Positions 19,026 to 29,577 of a DNA stretch of 64,000 nt are shown in pieces. Position 1 is the first letter of the stretch. The number at the start of each line of letters is the position of its first letter. The notes below the pieces were generated by a model. It was not told where the DNA came from, searched no databases, and saw only the letters and a list, made by a program, of their open reading frames with translations. This stretch comes from a virus: the IMG/VR virus record IMGVR_UViG_3300032246_001967, positions 32,001 to 96,000 of that record, one strand, 5' to 3'. Both the position numbers and the translations under genes were made by a program.

Positions 19026-20182
19026 TGAGTGATAAAATTTACATATCATCACAAGATAACCAAGTTAATTTATCTCAAAACAATAATATAGTAGTAATTA
19101 CCGACAGTGATCAAAACCAAATTACCGTCACTCAACCAGTTACTGCTGTTCTTGAAATAAATACACCAGGCCCCCCAGGCCCTCCAGGTCCACAAGGCCC
19201 TCCGGGTACTGGAAGTTTTGATACAGGATCTTTTGCAACTACAGGATCAAATAATTTTATAGGCACTCAAACAATTAACGGGAATTTAACTATCACCGGA
19301 TCAACAGCAGGAACTTATGGTACTATCAGTAGAATAAATTTTGTTTCTGGAGCTGCTATTGTAGTAGACGGGCCTAACATGGATTTAGTTGCTGGTCCAG
19401 AAGGATGGTCTGAATTAGCTTCTAACAACGGTGAAAATTATGTTTGGGTTGATAATGAAGGAGTAAAATTAGTAACTGGCTGGAATACATCAGCCCACCA
19501 GTGGTTAATAAATCTATCAGGATCTCTAAATGCTGCTGGAGATTTAAATATGAACGGTAATTATATTACCGGATCAATTAGTGGGTCACTTACCGGTTCT
19601 TTACTAGGTACTTCATCATATTCTAATCAATCATTAAGTTCAAGTTATGCTTTAACTGCATCCTATTTAGATAATTATATTGCTCCCTTTCCTTACACAG
19701 GTTCGGCTATAATTACCGGTAGTTTAGTAGTCACAGGTAGTATAAGATCTACTAATGGATTTACCGGCTCTTTACAAGGTACTTCTTCATTTGCAATAAC
19801 TGCTTCTACTTCTATTACTGAATCAAGAACAATTACTTTTAATTTAGGAAGTATCCCAACCCCAATAACAACTGGAAGTAAAACTAATAATATATTCTAC
19901 TCACCATACTCAGGGTCTATAAAAGGATTTATTTTAACATCAAATACAAGTTCAACAACAACCTTAGATATTTGGAAAAGAAATAATACTTTACCTACAT
20001 CTTCAGATACTATTATAACAACAAATAAACCTCAGTTAATAAACAACCAATTTACTAGTTCATATAATGTATCAGGATGGACAACTTTATTTAATCCAAA
20101 TGATGTATTTTTAATAAATGTTGAAACAAATACAAGTGCTTCAAATTTAACTTTACAATTAATAACAGAAATCTATAAATAA
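19025..20182 (+). CDS. Fibre-like virion protein with short collagen repeat
   Basis: PGPPGPPGPQGPPG then TGS-rich repeats. Confidence 0.65.
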   Translation: MSDKIYISSQDNQVNLSQNNNIVVITDSDQNQITVTQPVTAVLEINTPGPPGPPGPQGPPGTGSFDTGSFATTGSNNFIGTQTINGNLTITGSTAGTYGTISRINFVSGAAIVVDGPNMDLVAGPEGWSELASNNGENYVWVDNEGVKLVTGWNTSAHQWLINLSGSLNAAGDLNMNGNYITGSISGSLTGSLLGTSSYSNQSLSSSYALTASYLDNYIAPFPYTGSAIITGSLVVTGSIRSTNGFTGSLQGTSSFAITASTSITESRTITFNLGSIPTPITTGSKTNNIFYSPYSGSIKGFILTSNTSSTTTLDIWKRNNTLPTSSDTIITTNKPQLINNQFTSSYNVSGWTTLFNPNDVFLINVETNTSASNLTLQLITEIYK

Positions 20183-22644
20183 TGGCAATAGTTGCAAAAT
20201 CAATAATATATGCTTGGCCTACAGTAACTAGTAGTATTACATTAGCAAACACAGCTAGTTTGACTTATACTACAGCCTCTTTTGGTTCTAAAACTATATA
20301 TTTTCCTGAAACTTCTTCCCGTGTATTTAAATCAGTTTATGCTGAAGTTGCTTTTCATGATGATATTCAAGTATCCACAGACGGTGGATTAGCTTCATTA
20401 AAATTAGATTTAAGTATTAGCGGGTCTTCAACATCATCTTCTATTTTATGGAACCCGGCAATACCTACATCAGGTGAAAATATGTCTTTTGTAGGAGGTC
20501 CATTTGATTTTACTAGTTTTTTTAATACAAACATACCAACAGTATCTTCATCTATTAATTTAATACCTGCTTTATATTATTATCCTTCTGTAGGTACAGC
20601 ATCTTTAATGCAAAATGCTAATTTTAAATTGTATTGTACTTATGAACATGATGATATAAATACCACATATATTAAAACTGCTATTATTCCTTTAGAATCA
20701 CCTATAACTGGTCTATCAAGTGGAACTATACAAGCCAGTATTATAGGTAATAACCAAATTCCTAGGTTAATAACTTCTAGTTCTTTAGATACAAGTCAAG
20801 TAGATAATTCTAGTTTTGGTTTCACACAGAGTGGTTCTGTAAGAGTCTCTAATTTCATTAGTAATTATACTATTACAAATAGTGGAAGTTATAGAGTAAC
20901 ATTAACTACAGGATTAGGTGATATCCCACCTACTTTTGTATCAGCCTCTATCTATAATAGCTCAAGCGGTGAATTATTATACAAAACATCAGGAGGTGAC
21001 CAAATTAATTTTGATCAATATGTATTTATTTCTAGTAGTTCATTACCGACAAAATTACGTTTTCTAGTAACTGGGGATAATGATTATAATGGGGGAAATT
21101 ATCAAATATACCTATCTCAATCTGTGTTATTCCCTGGATTTCTACCAGAATCAAATATAAATATAAGAGATTATTTTATAGAAATTGAAGGTAATGAATC
21201 TGGAGGTGCTACTGTAGATATTCAAATAACTGGATCAATTACATCATCGTTTGCAAATTTAAGCACTAGGTTTACTCCGTTAGAAAGAAGTCAAACATCA
21301 GATACTTATGATAGATTAATTTGGAGTATTCCAACATCAAGTTTACCTAATATATTTCAATCTCATAATTTTGGTTTAAGAACTAATATAGCATCAAATG
21401 CAAGTTTTAGACATGTACCTATAAATTTATATGTTACGTATGAATATGATAAAACAACTACTACCCAAGTAAATAATACTATCGTTTTACCTTGGTCTTT
21501 ACCAACACCTTTAACACCTAACGGAACTGATTTTATATTAAATAGTAGTGTAGCTACAACCGTTTTACCTATTTTTGAAACAAATCCTATACTTCAGCAA
21601 AGTGCTTTAAGAATTAACTGGGATGCTAACAACTCATTAACAACAGCTTATGTAACTATAAATAACCAAAGTATAACTACATCATACACCGATGGTGGAG
21701 CTGCATTATGTGGTATGAATAGCTTACAACACAGATTTGATGTTTCCGCTAGTAACGCTAATGCTAATACAGCCAATGTTGTATTAAGACGTGGATTAAA
21801 TTACTTAACTTCTTCATTTTTTGCAAATAGTGGAGCTACATATGCTACTAATATTAACGGCTACTATATTATAAATTACACATCAAACATACATCCTACA
21901 AAAGGTGTAGATGGTTGTGTTAGAAATTATTATTTTTTAAATGATCCTATAAATGCTAGAACAGCAATAACAACACCTACTTACACATCAAGTTCCTTTT
22001 ATTATAACACAACCAATTCAGGAAGTTTATATGTTATAGATAATAGTTACAGAGTAACAACTTTTGATCAAAACAACGTAACTAGATACGATGCCGGAGT
22101 AGAATACACAGGTTCAGAAGTAGGAGGTATTTTTGGAGTTTATCCAATGGTAAACTTATATAGAAATAACATTTTAACAGATGCTGAATTAGGTGCCCAT
22201 ATTGTAACAATTACCGGAAACCCTTTTGTTAAGAAATATACAAATCAACCTAATCCTTTAGGTTTATATGATACTTTTATTCCTCACCAGTATAGATTCT
22301 ACTGGGAATCACCCGCAGGTACATCAATATCCACAAGATACGGAAGTCAAAATATCTTAGTAGCAAATAGTTATACAGCACCAATTAGTGGTAGAATTTT
22401 TAATTATACAGGATCTGGACAAGGAATAAACATTGATATTTTTAATCAAACAACAGAACAGTTACTTTTACAATTAACTTCAAGTATAGGAGGAACATTC
22501 TCAGGAACAATATTCGATGATGGTTCTCCAATATTTGCATCAGTTACAACTGGAGATACTTATGGGCGTTCAAAAGCATTAAACGTTTCAAGTTCTTTAG
22601 ATGTATATTTAATTCCTTTTGAATATGGCTATTCAAATATTTGA
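20182..22644 (+). CDS. Large S/T-rich virion structural protein
   Basis: 820 aa beta-rich composition, coupled to upstream gene. Confidence 0.55.
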   Translation: MAIVAKSIIYAWPTVTSSITLANTASLTYTTASFGSKTIYFPETSSRVFKSVYAEVAFHDDIQVSTDGGLASLKLDLSISGSSTSSSILWNPAIPTSGENMSFVGGPFDFTSFFNTNIPTVSSSINLIPALYYYPSVGTASLMQNANFKLYCTYEHDDINTTYIKTAIIPLESPITGLSSGTIQASIIGNNQIPRLITSSSLDTSQVDNSSFGFTQSGSVRVSNFISNYTITNSGSYRVTLTTGLGDIPPTFVSASIYNSSSGELLYKTSGGDQINFDQYVFISSSSLPTKLRFLVTGDNDYNGGNYQIYLSQSVLFPGFLPESNINIRDYFIEIEGNESGGATVDIQITGSITSSFANLSTRFTPLERSQTSDTYDRLIWSIPTSSLPNIFQSHNFGLRTNIASNASFRHVPINLYVTYEYDKTTTTQVNNTIVLPWSLPTPLTPNGTDFILNSSVATTVLPIFETNPILQQSALRINWDANNSLTTAYVTINNQSITTSYTDGGAALCGMNSLQHRFDVSASNANANTANVVLRRGLNYLTSSFFANSGATYATNINGYYIINYTSNIHPTKGVDGCVRNYYFLNDPINARTAITTPTYTSSSFYYNTTNSGSLYVIDNSYRVTTFDQNNVTRYDAGVEYTGSEVGGIFGVYPMVNLYRNNILTDAELGAHIVTITGNPFVKKYTNQPNPLGLYDTFIPHQYRFYWESPAGTSISTRYGSQNILVANSYTAPISGRIFNYTGSGQGINIDIFNQTTEQLLLQLTSSIGGTFSGTIFDDGSPIFASVTTGDTYGRSKALNVSSSLDVYLIPFEYGYSNI

Positions 22645-22656
22645 TATTTATAATAT

Positions 22657-22983
22657 ATGGCTATTCAAGTAACAGATACTTTTGAGTATAACCACGGAAT
22701 TTATACTCAACCCTATTTTCGTTTAACATTACATTATCCTGTAGCAGGTACTCAAATACCTGTAGATTGTTTTATGTATCCTTCTAAAGATGCATATTTA
22801 GCAGGTGTTAGTTCAATTGCTTGTTGGCCTTTTTATATTGAAACAGCTGAAGCTCCTACAACAGAAGTAGGAAATACAGTAGTAGATAAATATCTTTATT
22901 ATGTTACTATAAAAATAAAAGAACAATTAGAAGTTTTTTATCCTACATCTACTTTTAAGATTACAGGAATCCCAACAGAATAA
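22657..22983 (+). CDS. Hypothetical protein, possible fibre assembly factor
   Basis: Late motif at 22645-22652; follows fibre-like genes. Confidence 0.4.
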   Translation: MAIQVTDTFEYNHGIYTQPYFRLTLHYPVAGTQIPVDCFMYPSKDAYLAGVSSIACWPFYIETAEAPTTEVGNTVVDKYLYYVTIKIKEQLEVFYPTSTFKITGIPTE

Positions 22984-22998
22984 AATAAATAATGTTAT

Positions 22999-23250
22999 AT
23001 GGAAAATACAAAATTAACTCAAGAAGAGATTCAACAATTACAAGAAATTCAACAACAAAATCAATCATTAGCTTTAGAATTTGGTAATTTAGAAATTTCT
23101 AAAATTCAAATTGAAAATCGTTATGATGAATTAGTTAAAATTTATTCTCAATTAAAAACAAGAGAAAATGAGATTGGTAAAACATTATCTGAAAAATATG
23201 GTAATGGTACTATTGATCTTGATAATGGAGAATTTATTCCTAACGCTTAA
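22999..23250 (+). CDS. Small coiled-coil protein
   Basis: Coiled coil ending KYG.GTIDL..GEF. Confidence 0.55.
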   Translation: MENTKLTQEEIQQLQEIQQQNQSLALEFGNLEISKIQIENRYDELVKIYSQLKTRENEIGKTLSEKYGNGTIDLDNGEFIPNA

Positions 23251-23271
23251 TTAAAAACTAACTTTAAAATT

Positions 23272-23300
23272 AAAAGGACCCCGATGTAGGTCCTTTTCTT
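23272..23300 (+). terminator. Intrinsic terminator
   Basis: AAAAGGACC-CCGATGTA-GGTCCTTTT. Confidence 0.7.
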
Positions 23301-23331
23301 ATTTTAAATATTTATAACCAAATACTATATT

Positions 23332-24483
23332 ATGGCAAACATTCCAATTTGGCCTGGCTCTTCATCATTTTTCCCTGGAGATACTCCTTTCGGGTTTTAC
23401 GACAACGATTATCAGTTCCAAACTGACGCTGATAAAGTTGCTAGATTTTGTTCTTTACGTTTAGGTTATCCTATTGAAAACGTAGAATTACAAGATATAA
23501 ACTTTTATACAGCATTCGAACAAGCTGTAACAGTGTATGGTAATGAAGTATACGCATTCCAATCTAGAGATAATTATTTATCTTTAGAAGGTGCTCCAAC
23601 TTCATCAGTATTAAACAATGCTTTAATCACTCCTTCAATGGCTAATATTGTTAGATTATCTCAACAATATGCTGAAGAAGCAGGTACTGGTGGTAATGTA
23701 AATTGGTACAGTGGATCTGTTACTCTAACGTCTAGTATACAAGACTATGATTTATCAGCATGGGCTGCATCTCAAAATATTACTGGTGGTATAGAAATTA
23801 AAAAAATATTCTATGAGGGTACTCCTGCCATTAGTCAACTATATAGTCCTTGGGCTGGCTTAGGTCCTGGTACTACTGCAGCTGTTGGTTTAATGGGGTT
23901 AGCAGGTTATGGTCCTTCAACTAACTTCGTTTTAATGCCTCTAAGTTATGATATGGCTAATATTCAAGCTATTGAAATGAGTAATCAAGTTAGATATTCT
24001 AACTATACTTTCCAATTAATTAATAATAGATTAAGAATATTCCCAATCCCTGGAGGTGGAGACGATGGGGTTCAATTATGGTTTAATTATATTAAAGTAG
24101 ACGAAAGAACTAATTCTGCCATTTCAAATACTCCGGGTAAAATTACTAATATAAGTAATGTTCCTTATAATTATCCAACTTATTCTCAAATTAACCCAAT
24201 TGGTAGAAGTTGGATTTTTGAATATACTTTAGCTTTATCTAAAGAAATGCTAGGTTATATTAGAGGAAAATACTCATCAATACCAATTCCAGGAGCTGAA
24301 GTAACTTTAAATCAAGGAGATTTAATAGCTGCTGCTACTGCTGAAAAAGAAGCTTTAATTACTAGATTAAGAGAATATTTTGATCAAACATCAAAACAAT
24401 CTTTACTAGAAAGAAGAGCAGCAGAAACAACTGCTCGTCAAACTGAATTGAATCAATCACCAATGACAATTTTTATAGGATAA
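23332..24483 (+). CDS. Neck protein (T4 gp13-like)
   Basis: LRLGYPIENVEL, WIFEYTLALSKEMLG..RGKY..IPG..VTLN. Confidence 0.85.
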   Translation: MANIPIWPGSSSFFPGDTPFGFYDNDYQFQTDADKVARFCSLRLGYPIENVELQDINFYTAFEQAVTVYGNEVYAFQSRDNYLSLEGAPTSSVLNNALITPSMANIVRLSQQYAEEAGTGGNVNWYSGSVTLTSSIQDYDLSAWAASQNITGGIEIKKIFYEGTPAISQLYSPWAGLGPGTTAAVGLMGLAGYGPSTNFVLMPLSYDMANIQAIEMSNQVRYSNYTFQLINNRLRIFPIPGGGDDGVQLWFNYIKVDERTNSAISNTPGKITNISNVPYNYPTYSQINPIGRSWIFEYTLALSKEMLGYIRGKYSSIPIPGAEVTLNQGDLIAAATAEKEALITRLREYFDQTSKQSLLERRAAETTARQTELNQSPMTIFIG

Positions 24484-24484
24484 T

Positions 24485-25006
24485 ATGGCACTTTTTGGAC
24501 AGGATCGGGACATATCAATGTTTAGATACATCAACAGAGAGTTGATGCAGAACATTATTTCTCAACAAGTAGTGTTTTACAAAGTTAATGTTCAAGAAAC
24601 TGTAATAAATATGTATGGTGAAGCATCAACTGGTAGATCATTTAATGAACCTCTTTTATTATATGCTTTAGTAGAAGTTGGTGATCAAACTGCACCTATA
24701 CAAGATGATTTAGTAGGATTTAATTGGCCTATGACTTTTAAATTCTTAAGAGATGATTTAGTAGATGCTAATGTTGTTCCTGAAATTGGAGATTATATAA
24801 TGTGGCAAGATGCATATTGGGAAATTGATAATGAAAATGTTGTACAATTCTTTACAGGTAAAGACCCAGATTATCCTTATACTGATGGAAATGGAAATAA
24901 CCCATTAGAAACAGATTTATCTCAATTTGGTTATAACTTATCTGTAGTTTGTACTGCTCATTACGTTCCAAGTGATAGAGTTGGTATTGATAAAATGAGA
25001 TTATAA
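24485..25006 (+). CDS. Head closure/neck protein (gp14-like)
   Basis: N.YGE, PEIGDYI motifs; position after gp13-like gene. Confidence 0.65.
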   Translation: MALFGQDRDISMFRYINRELMQNIISQQVVFYKVNVQETVINMYGEASTGRSFNEPLLLYALVEVGDQTAPIQDDLVGFNWPMTFKFLRDDLVDANVVPEIGDYIMWQDAYWEIDNENVVQFFTGKDPDYPYTDGNGNNPLETDLSQFGYNLSVVCTAHYVPSDRVGIDKMRL

Positions 25007-25857
25007 TGGCTAAAGTAAGAAAACCAATCCCTAAAACTCAAAAAGAGATAGCTAATTCATTAGTTACTCCTAGTGATATTCAACAAGGTAATCCTAATTT
25101 ATCTCAAAATAATCCTAAAGATAGAGCTTTACAACAATCTTGGAGAGGAGATACAGTTAAACCTTATACTGTTGGTATTCAAGATATTGATGAAGCTGTT
25201 TTTTATTATTTCGAAAATGTAATTAGACCTACTGTAATACAAAATGAGGAAACTATACCTGTTCCTGTATTGTATGGTTCTCCTGAAAAATGGAAATCAT
25301 TTCAAAGAGATGGTTATTTAAGAGATTCAAAAGGAGATTTAATGGCTCCTTTAATTATATTTAAAAGAAATTCAATAGAAAAAAATAGGACATTAGCAAA
25401 TAAAATGGATGCTAATAATCCTAATAATTATGGTATATTTCAAAAATCATATGATTCAAAAAACGCGTATGATCCTTTTAATATATTAAATAATAGAAAA
25501 CCTGAAAAACAATATTATGCTGTAGTTGCTCCTGATTATGTGACAGTAACTTATTCATTTATTGTTTTTACTTATTATGTAGAACAATTAAACAAAATAG
25601 TTGAAGCAATTAACTACGCTTCAGACGCTTATTGGGGTAATCCTGAAAGATTTAAATTCCAAGCCAAAATTAATTCATTTGGATTCCAGACTGAATTAAA
25701 TGAAACAGCTGAAAGAGTAGTTAGAAGTACTTTTGATGTAACATTAAACGGTTATATCATTCCTGATAATATACAAAAAGGTACTAATGCTGTTAATAAA
25801 TTTAATAACAAAACTAAAACAACTATTTTCTTAGAAACAACTGATAATATAGATTAA
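25006..25857 (+). CDS. Tail sheath stabiliser/terminator (gp15-like)
   Basis: VPVLYGSPEKW, Q.NKIVEAI; synteny. Confidence 0.7.
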   Translation: MAKVRKPIPKTQKEIANSLVTPSDIQQGNPNLSQNNPKDRALQQSWRGDTVKPYTVGIQDIDEAVFYYFENVIRPTVIQNEETIPVPVLYGSPEKWKSFQRDGYLRDSKGDLMAPLIIFKRNSIEKNRTLANKMDANNPNNYGIFQKSYDSKNAYDPFNILNNRKPEKQYYAVVAPDYVTVTYSFIVFTYYVEQLNKIVEAINYASDAYWGNPERFKFQAKINSFGFQTELNETAERVVRSTFDVTLNGYIIPDNIQKGTNAVNKFNNKTKTTIFLETTDNID

Positions 25858-28800
25858 TGCCATTATTAAGTAAACCTGGTTTAATACCTGTTAAAATTGA
25901 GGGCCAAGGTAGTCAATTAACTACTCAGGTTAATAAAATTAATTTTACAGGCTCAGGAGTTACAGCTTCTGTAGGACAATTTAATGATGTAACTGTCACA
26001 ATTAATGCTTTAAGTACTACATCCGCTTCTTATGCTTTTTACGCTACAAGTGCCTCCTATACAGCTAATGCTTCTTATGCTACTACAGCTTCTTATTTTT
26101 CAGGAAGTATAACTAATGCACTCACCGCCTCTTATGTAAATCCTTTACGTCAAGTTGTTCAGATTACAGGTTCTCTAAACATTACTGGATCCACTTTTCA
26201 AACAGGAAATAACACATTAGCAGGAAATACAATCCTTTCAGGAAGCATTACAATCTCAGGATCAACAACGGTTCCTGCTACTCCTACTATTAAAGTGTAT
26301 GGAGATATGGAAACAAACGGGGTAATTAAATTTGATCCTGTTGTTAAAAATATAGATAATAGTATATCTGCATCTTATATTTATGTTTCCGGTTCAACAA
26401 ATGATCTATACTTTACTCAAAACGGAGAAGGTTACTCAAATACAACCCGTTTACGTTGGTTAGAAGGTAATTTATATACAGGTTTATTGAATGGAGGTTT
26501 AATAACATCAGCATCTTCTACTACTTTTAATATCAGCTCAGGTAGTGGTATTGTTGTTAATTTAAATGCATCTATAGGTGAAAATCCATATCCTACAGTA
26601 ACGTATGTAAATTGGAATTCATTTACTAATCAAACTTTAACTTATAGAACTTCATCAATTCAAACATTTATCGGTATTGATGCAAGCGGTAGTATAATTC
26701 AACAAACAACACCCTGGTCAGATGGCCAATATAATACATCTATTTCTATAGGAACTGTTTTACATCAAAATAAATCAACTATCAATGGACAAATTACTTA
26801 TCCTAACGTTGCTTATGGTTATAAACAGAGAACATATGATTTTATTAAAGCATTTGGACCACTAAAACTAACAGGTTATGCAATATACACAAGTAGTTCA
26901 TTAGGACTGACAGTAGGAAGTGGAACAGCATTTGCCGATGGTAGAAACTATCAAAATGACCCTAACAACCCATCTTATATTACGGATGCCGGAACTAATG
27001 TATCAAAAATATTTAGATATTATCAATCCGGATCAGATTTTGTACAGGATACAAATGGAGGTTTAGGATATACAGTGATAGATCCTGCTAATTTTAACCC
27101 TAATGGAACTGGTGTTTTAACAGGAGTAAGTCCTTCAAAATACACAATTCAGAGGGTATTTTATTATCCTAACTCTGCAACAAAAGGAATTGTAGTTTAT
27201 TATGGAAATACCGAATATGGAACTTTAGTTGAAGGTGTAGCTGGTATTCCAAATGAAACTTTTTTTGAAGTAGAAAATACAAAACAAAATGCAATTTATT
27301 TAGGAGCTATTGTTATTAAAGGTAATGCAACTTTTTTATCAACCCCTAATGTAGATTACCAAATAATAGCAGGTGGTTTATTTAGAGCAGGAGTAAGTGG
27401 TGGAGGTGGAGGAGGAGCATCACCTTCAGTAGCATTCCCATATACAGGATCAGCAACAATATCTGGTTCTTTAACAGTAGTAGGACCTATAACAGCAACT
27501 TCCTTTACAGGTTCATTGTTTGGAACTAGTTCATGGGCTACATCTGCTTCATTTGCTATATCAAGTTCTTATGTATTAAGTAGTTCATATGCTTTATCAT
27601 CTTCATTTTCTGCTACATCTTCTAATGCTTTAACTTCATCATTTCCTTGGTTCCAAACAGGATCTAATATAATAAACAGTGGAAGTGGTAACGTAGGAAT
27701 AAGTACAACAACTCCTACTCAAAAATTACATGTAGGTGGAGATATACAATTAAGTACTAATCTTTATTTCCAATCTTCAAGTAATAGTATTTTTGTAGAT
27801 CAAAATACAGGCACATATTTTAGGTTTAATTTAAATACTGCTGAAGTTTTACGATTTAACAGAGTTGGAACCGCAGCTGGTAAAATATCTATAGTACAAT
27901 TTTCTGCAGGAGTAACAGCGGCTACACAACCTGCATATTCATTTTCAGGTAGTGTAAACACAGGTTTGTTTTTATTTGGAACAGGAAAGGTAGGTATTTC
28001 AACAGAAGGTACTTCTAAAATGGTAGTAGACCAATCTGGTAGTGTAGGTATAGGAACAAATACACCTCTATATTTACTAGATGTTAATGGTACAGGTCGA
28101 TTTTCACAAAACGTACAAATAACAGGCTCAGGAACTAATAGTTTAATAGTAAAAGGATCAGGAACAACATCAGCAACTACTACCTTATTAATTCAAAATG
28201 CTAACAATACTGCTTCCTTAATAGTAACAGATAATAGTTATATAGGTATTGGCACAACAACACCATCAACACAACTAGATGTTTCAGGTTCTGGCAGATT
28301 TACAAGTAATTTAATTATAACAGGTTCTGTAGTAGCTACATCTTTTACAGGTTCATTGTTTGGAACTAGTTCATGGGCTATATCTGCTTCAAGAGCAATT
28401 ACAAGTTCATATGCTTTTTCAACACCCACTACTCCTAGTACGTTGTTTGTACAAGGATATTTAACTGGAAATCAATCTATTCCAAATAATACAGATACTA
28501 TTATTAATTTTGAAAGACAATATGATCTTAATTCATGGTTAGATATAGGTACTAGAAGATTTAAACCCACAATAGCAGGTTACTATTCAGTATCAATAGG
28601 AGCATGGTTAGAAAATCCAGCATCTCCAACAAACCAAGTTAATATACAAATAAGAAAATCAACAGGAGGAGGTCCTACAAGTACAGTAATGATTTTACAA
28701 CAACCATTAAATAACGGAACAGGTATTAGTTTAGCCGGTACTCGCATATTTTATATGGATGGCTCAACAGATTATTTAGATTTTACTATATTTCAAGGTT

Positions 28801-28883
28801 CTGGGGCTCCAAGAAATTTACTTTATGGAGGAACACCTGATGGGTCAGGAACTTGGTTTTCTGCTCATCTAATAACTATGTAA
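25857..28883 (+). CDS. Long fibre protein with C-terminal C1q/TNF-like head
   Basis: TGS/SAS repeats, GNVGIGT.TP fibre repeats, RFKPTIAGYY...DYL C-terminal pattern. Confidence 0.7.
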   Translation: MPLLSKPGLIPVKIEGQGSQLTTQVNKINFTGSGVTASVGQFNDVTVTINALSTTSASYAFYATSASYTANASYATTASYFSGSITNALTASYVNPLRQVVQITGSLNITGSTFQTGNNTLAGNTILSGSITISGSTTVPATPTIKVYGDMETNGVIKFDPVVKNIDNSISASYIYVSGSTNDLYFTQNGEGYSNTTRLRWLEGNLYTGLLNGGLITSASSTTFNISSGSGIVVNLNASIGENPYPTVTYVNWNSFTNQTLTYRTSSIQTFIGIDASGSIIQQTTPWSDGQYNTSISIGTVLHQNKSTINGQITYPNVAYGYKQRTYDFIKAFGPLKLTGYAIYTSSSLGLTVGSGTAFADGRNYQNDPNNPSYITDAGTNVSKIFRYYQSGSDFVQDTNGGLGYTVIDPANFNPNGTGVLTGVSPSKYTIQRVFYYPNSATKGIVVYYGNTEYGTLVEGVAGIPNETFFEVENTKQNAIYLGAIVIKGNATFLSTPNVDYQIIAGGLFRAGVSGGGGGGASPSVAFPYTGSATISGSLTVVGPITATSFTGSLFGTSSWATSASFAISSSYVLSSSYALSSSFSATSSNALTSSFPWFQTGSNIINSGSGNVGISTTTPTQKLHVGGDIQLSTNLYFQSSSNSIFVDQNTGTYFRFNLNTAEVLRFNRVGTAAGKISIVQFSAGVTAATQPAYSFSGSVNTGLFLFGTGKVGISTEGTSKMVVDQSGSVGIGTNTPLYLLDVNGTGRFSQNVQITGSGTNSLIVKGSGTTSATTTLLIQNANNTASLIVTDNSYIGIGTTTPSTQLDVSGSGRFTSNLIITGSVVATSFTGSLFGTSSWAISASRAITSSYAFSTPTTPSTLFVQGYLTGNQSIPNNTDTIINFERQYDLNSWLDIGTRRFKPTIAGYYSVSIGAWLENPASPTNQVNIQIRKSTGGGPTSTVMILQQPLNNGTGISLAGTRIFYMDGSTDYLDFTIFQGSGAPRNLLYGGTPDGSGTWFSAHLITM
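27504..28391 (+). repeat. 48-nt direct repeat (1 mismatch), copies 840 bp apart
   Basis: TTTACAGGTTCATTGTTTGGAACTAGTTCATGGGCTA(C/T)ATCTGCTTCA at 27504-27551 and 28344-28391. Confidence 0.9.
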
Positions 28884-28905
28884 AAAACTATAATATTTAT
28901 AACAA

Positions 28906-29478
28906 ATGGCAATATTATCAAAATCAGGTATAACTAACGGAGCAACAGTTCAACCAGGTCATGTTACTCAATCTGTAGACGCTTTTACAGGACTTGTAGC
29001 ATATGACATTACTTTATCAGGTTCATATACTTTAACAGGTAGTTTTAATCAATCAGGAAGCGCTAGAATATCAGGTTCACTTATTGTTAATACTGTTTCT
29101 GCTTCCGCATTAACTGGTTCTTTTACAGGACCATTAGTAGGTACAGCTTCAGGAGCTTCATATATAAACACTAATGTACCTTCTTTTAACCCTAGTGGAA
29201 GTGGAGTAAATTTCCAACCCGGTGGATTAGGAGTTTTAGCAGGTTCAGTTAAATTAGCTTCAGGTGTTAGTGCCGCAATTAATCCAACTGCTTTATCTGG
29301 AAAAAGATTTCAAACACAATATTGGGTTACTGCCACTAAAGCATCAGGTTCAACTTCTCCAAGCAATAATGCTTTAATGGTTCAAGAAACCGCTCCATCA
29401 GCTGGTTCATTTTTTATTAAAGACATTGGAGCTTCTACAAATGATGATGTGAATTTTATTATTGTTTATTTACAATAA
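28906..29478 (+). CDS. Virion structural protein (short fibre-like)
   Basis: SGS/TGS-rich; late motif at 28894-28901. Confidence 0.55.
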   Translation: MAILSKSGITNGATVQPGHVTQSVDAFTGLVAYDITLSGSYTLTGSFNQSGSARISGSLIVNTVSASALTGSFTGPLVGTASGASYINTNVPSFNPSGSGVNFQPGGLGVLAGSVKLASGVSAAINPTALSGKRFQTQYWVTATKASGSTSPSNNALMVQETAPSAGSFFIKDIGASTNDDVNFIIVYLQ

Positions 29479-29577
29479 TAATATTTATATTTAAGGGTTT
29501 TTATTTAATTGGTTGTAAGTTAATCTTACTTTTGAGATTTTTTAACATATTTATAACAGAATAAAAACTAAAAGAAA

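Noticed and set aside
25857-28883. Diversity-generating retroelement acting on the fibre gene
   Set aside because: No reverse transcriptase in the window; the repeat is short and its one mismatch is C/T, not at adenines.
29479-29577. Small RNA between two late motifs before the sheath gene
   Set aside because: Only weak AT-rich hairpins; tandem promoters are a simpler explanation.
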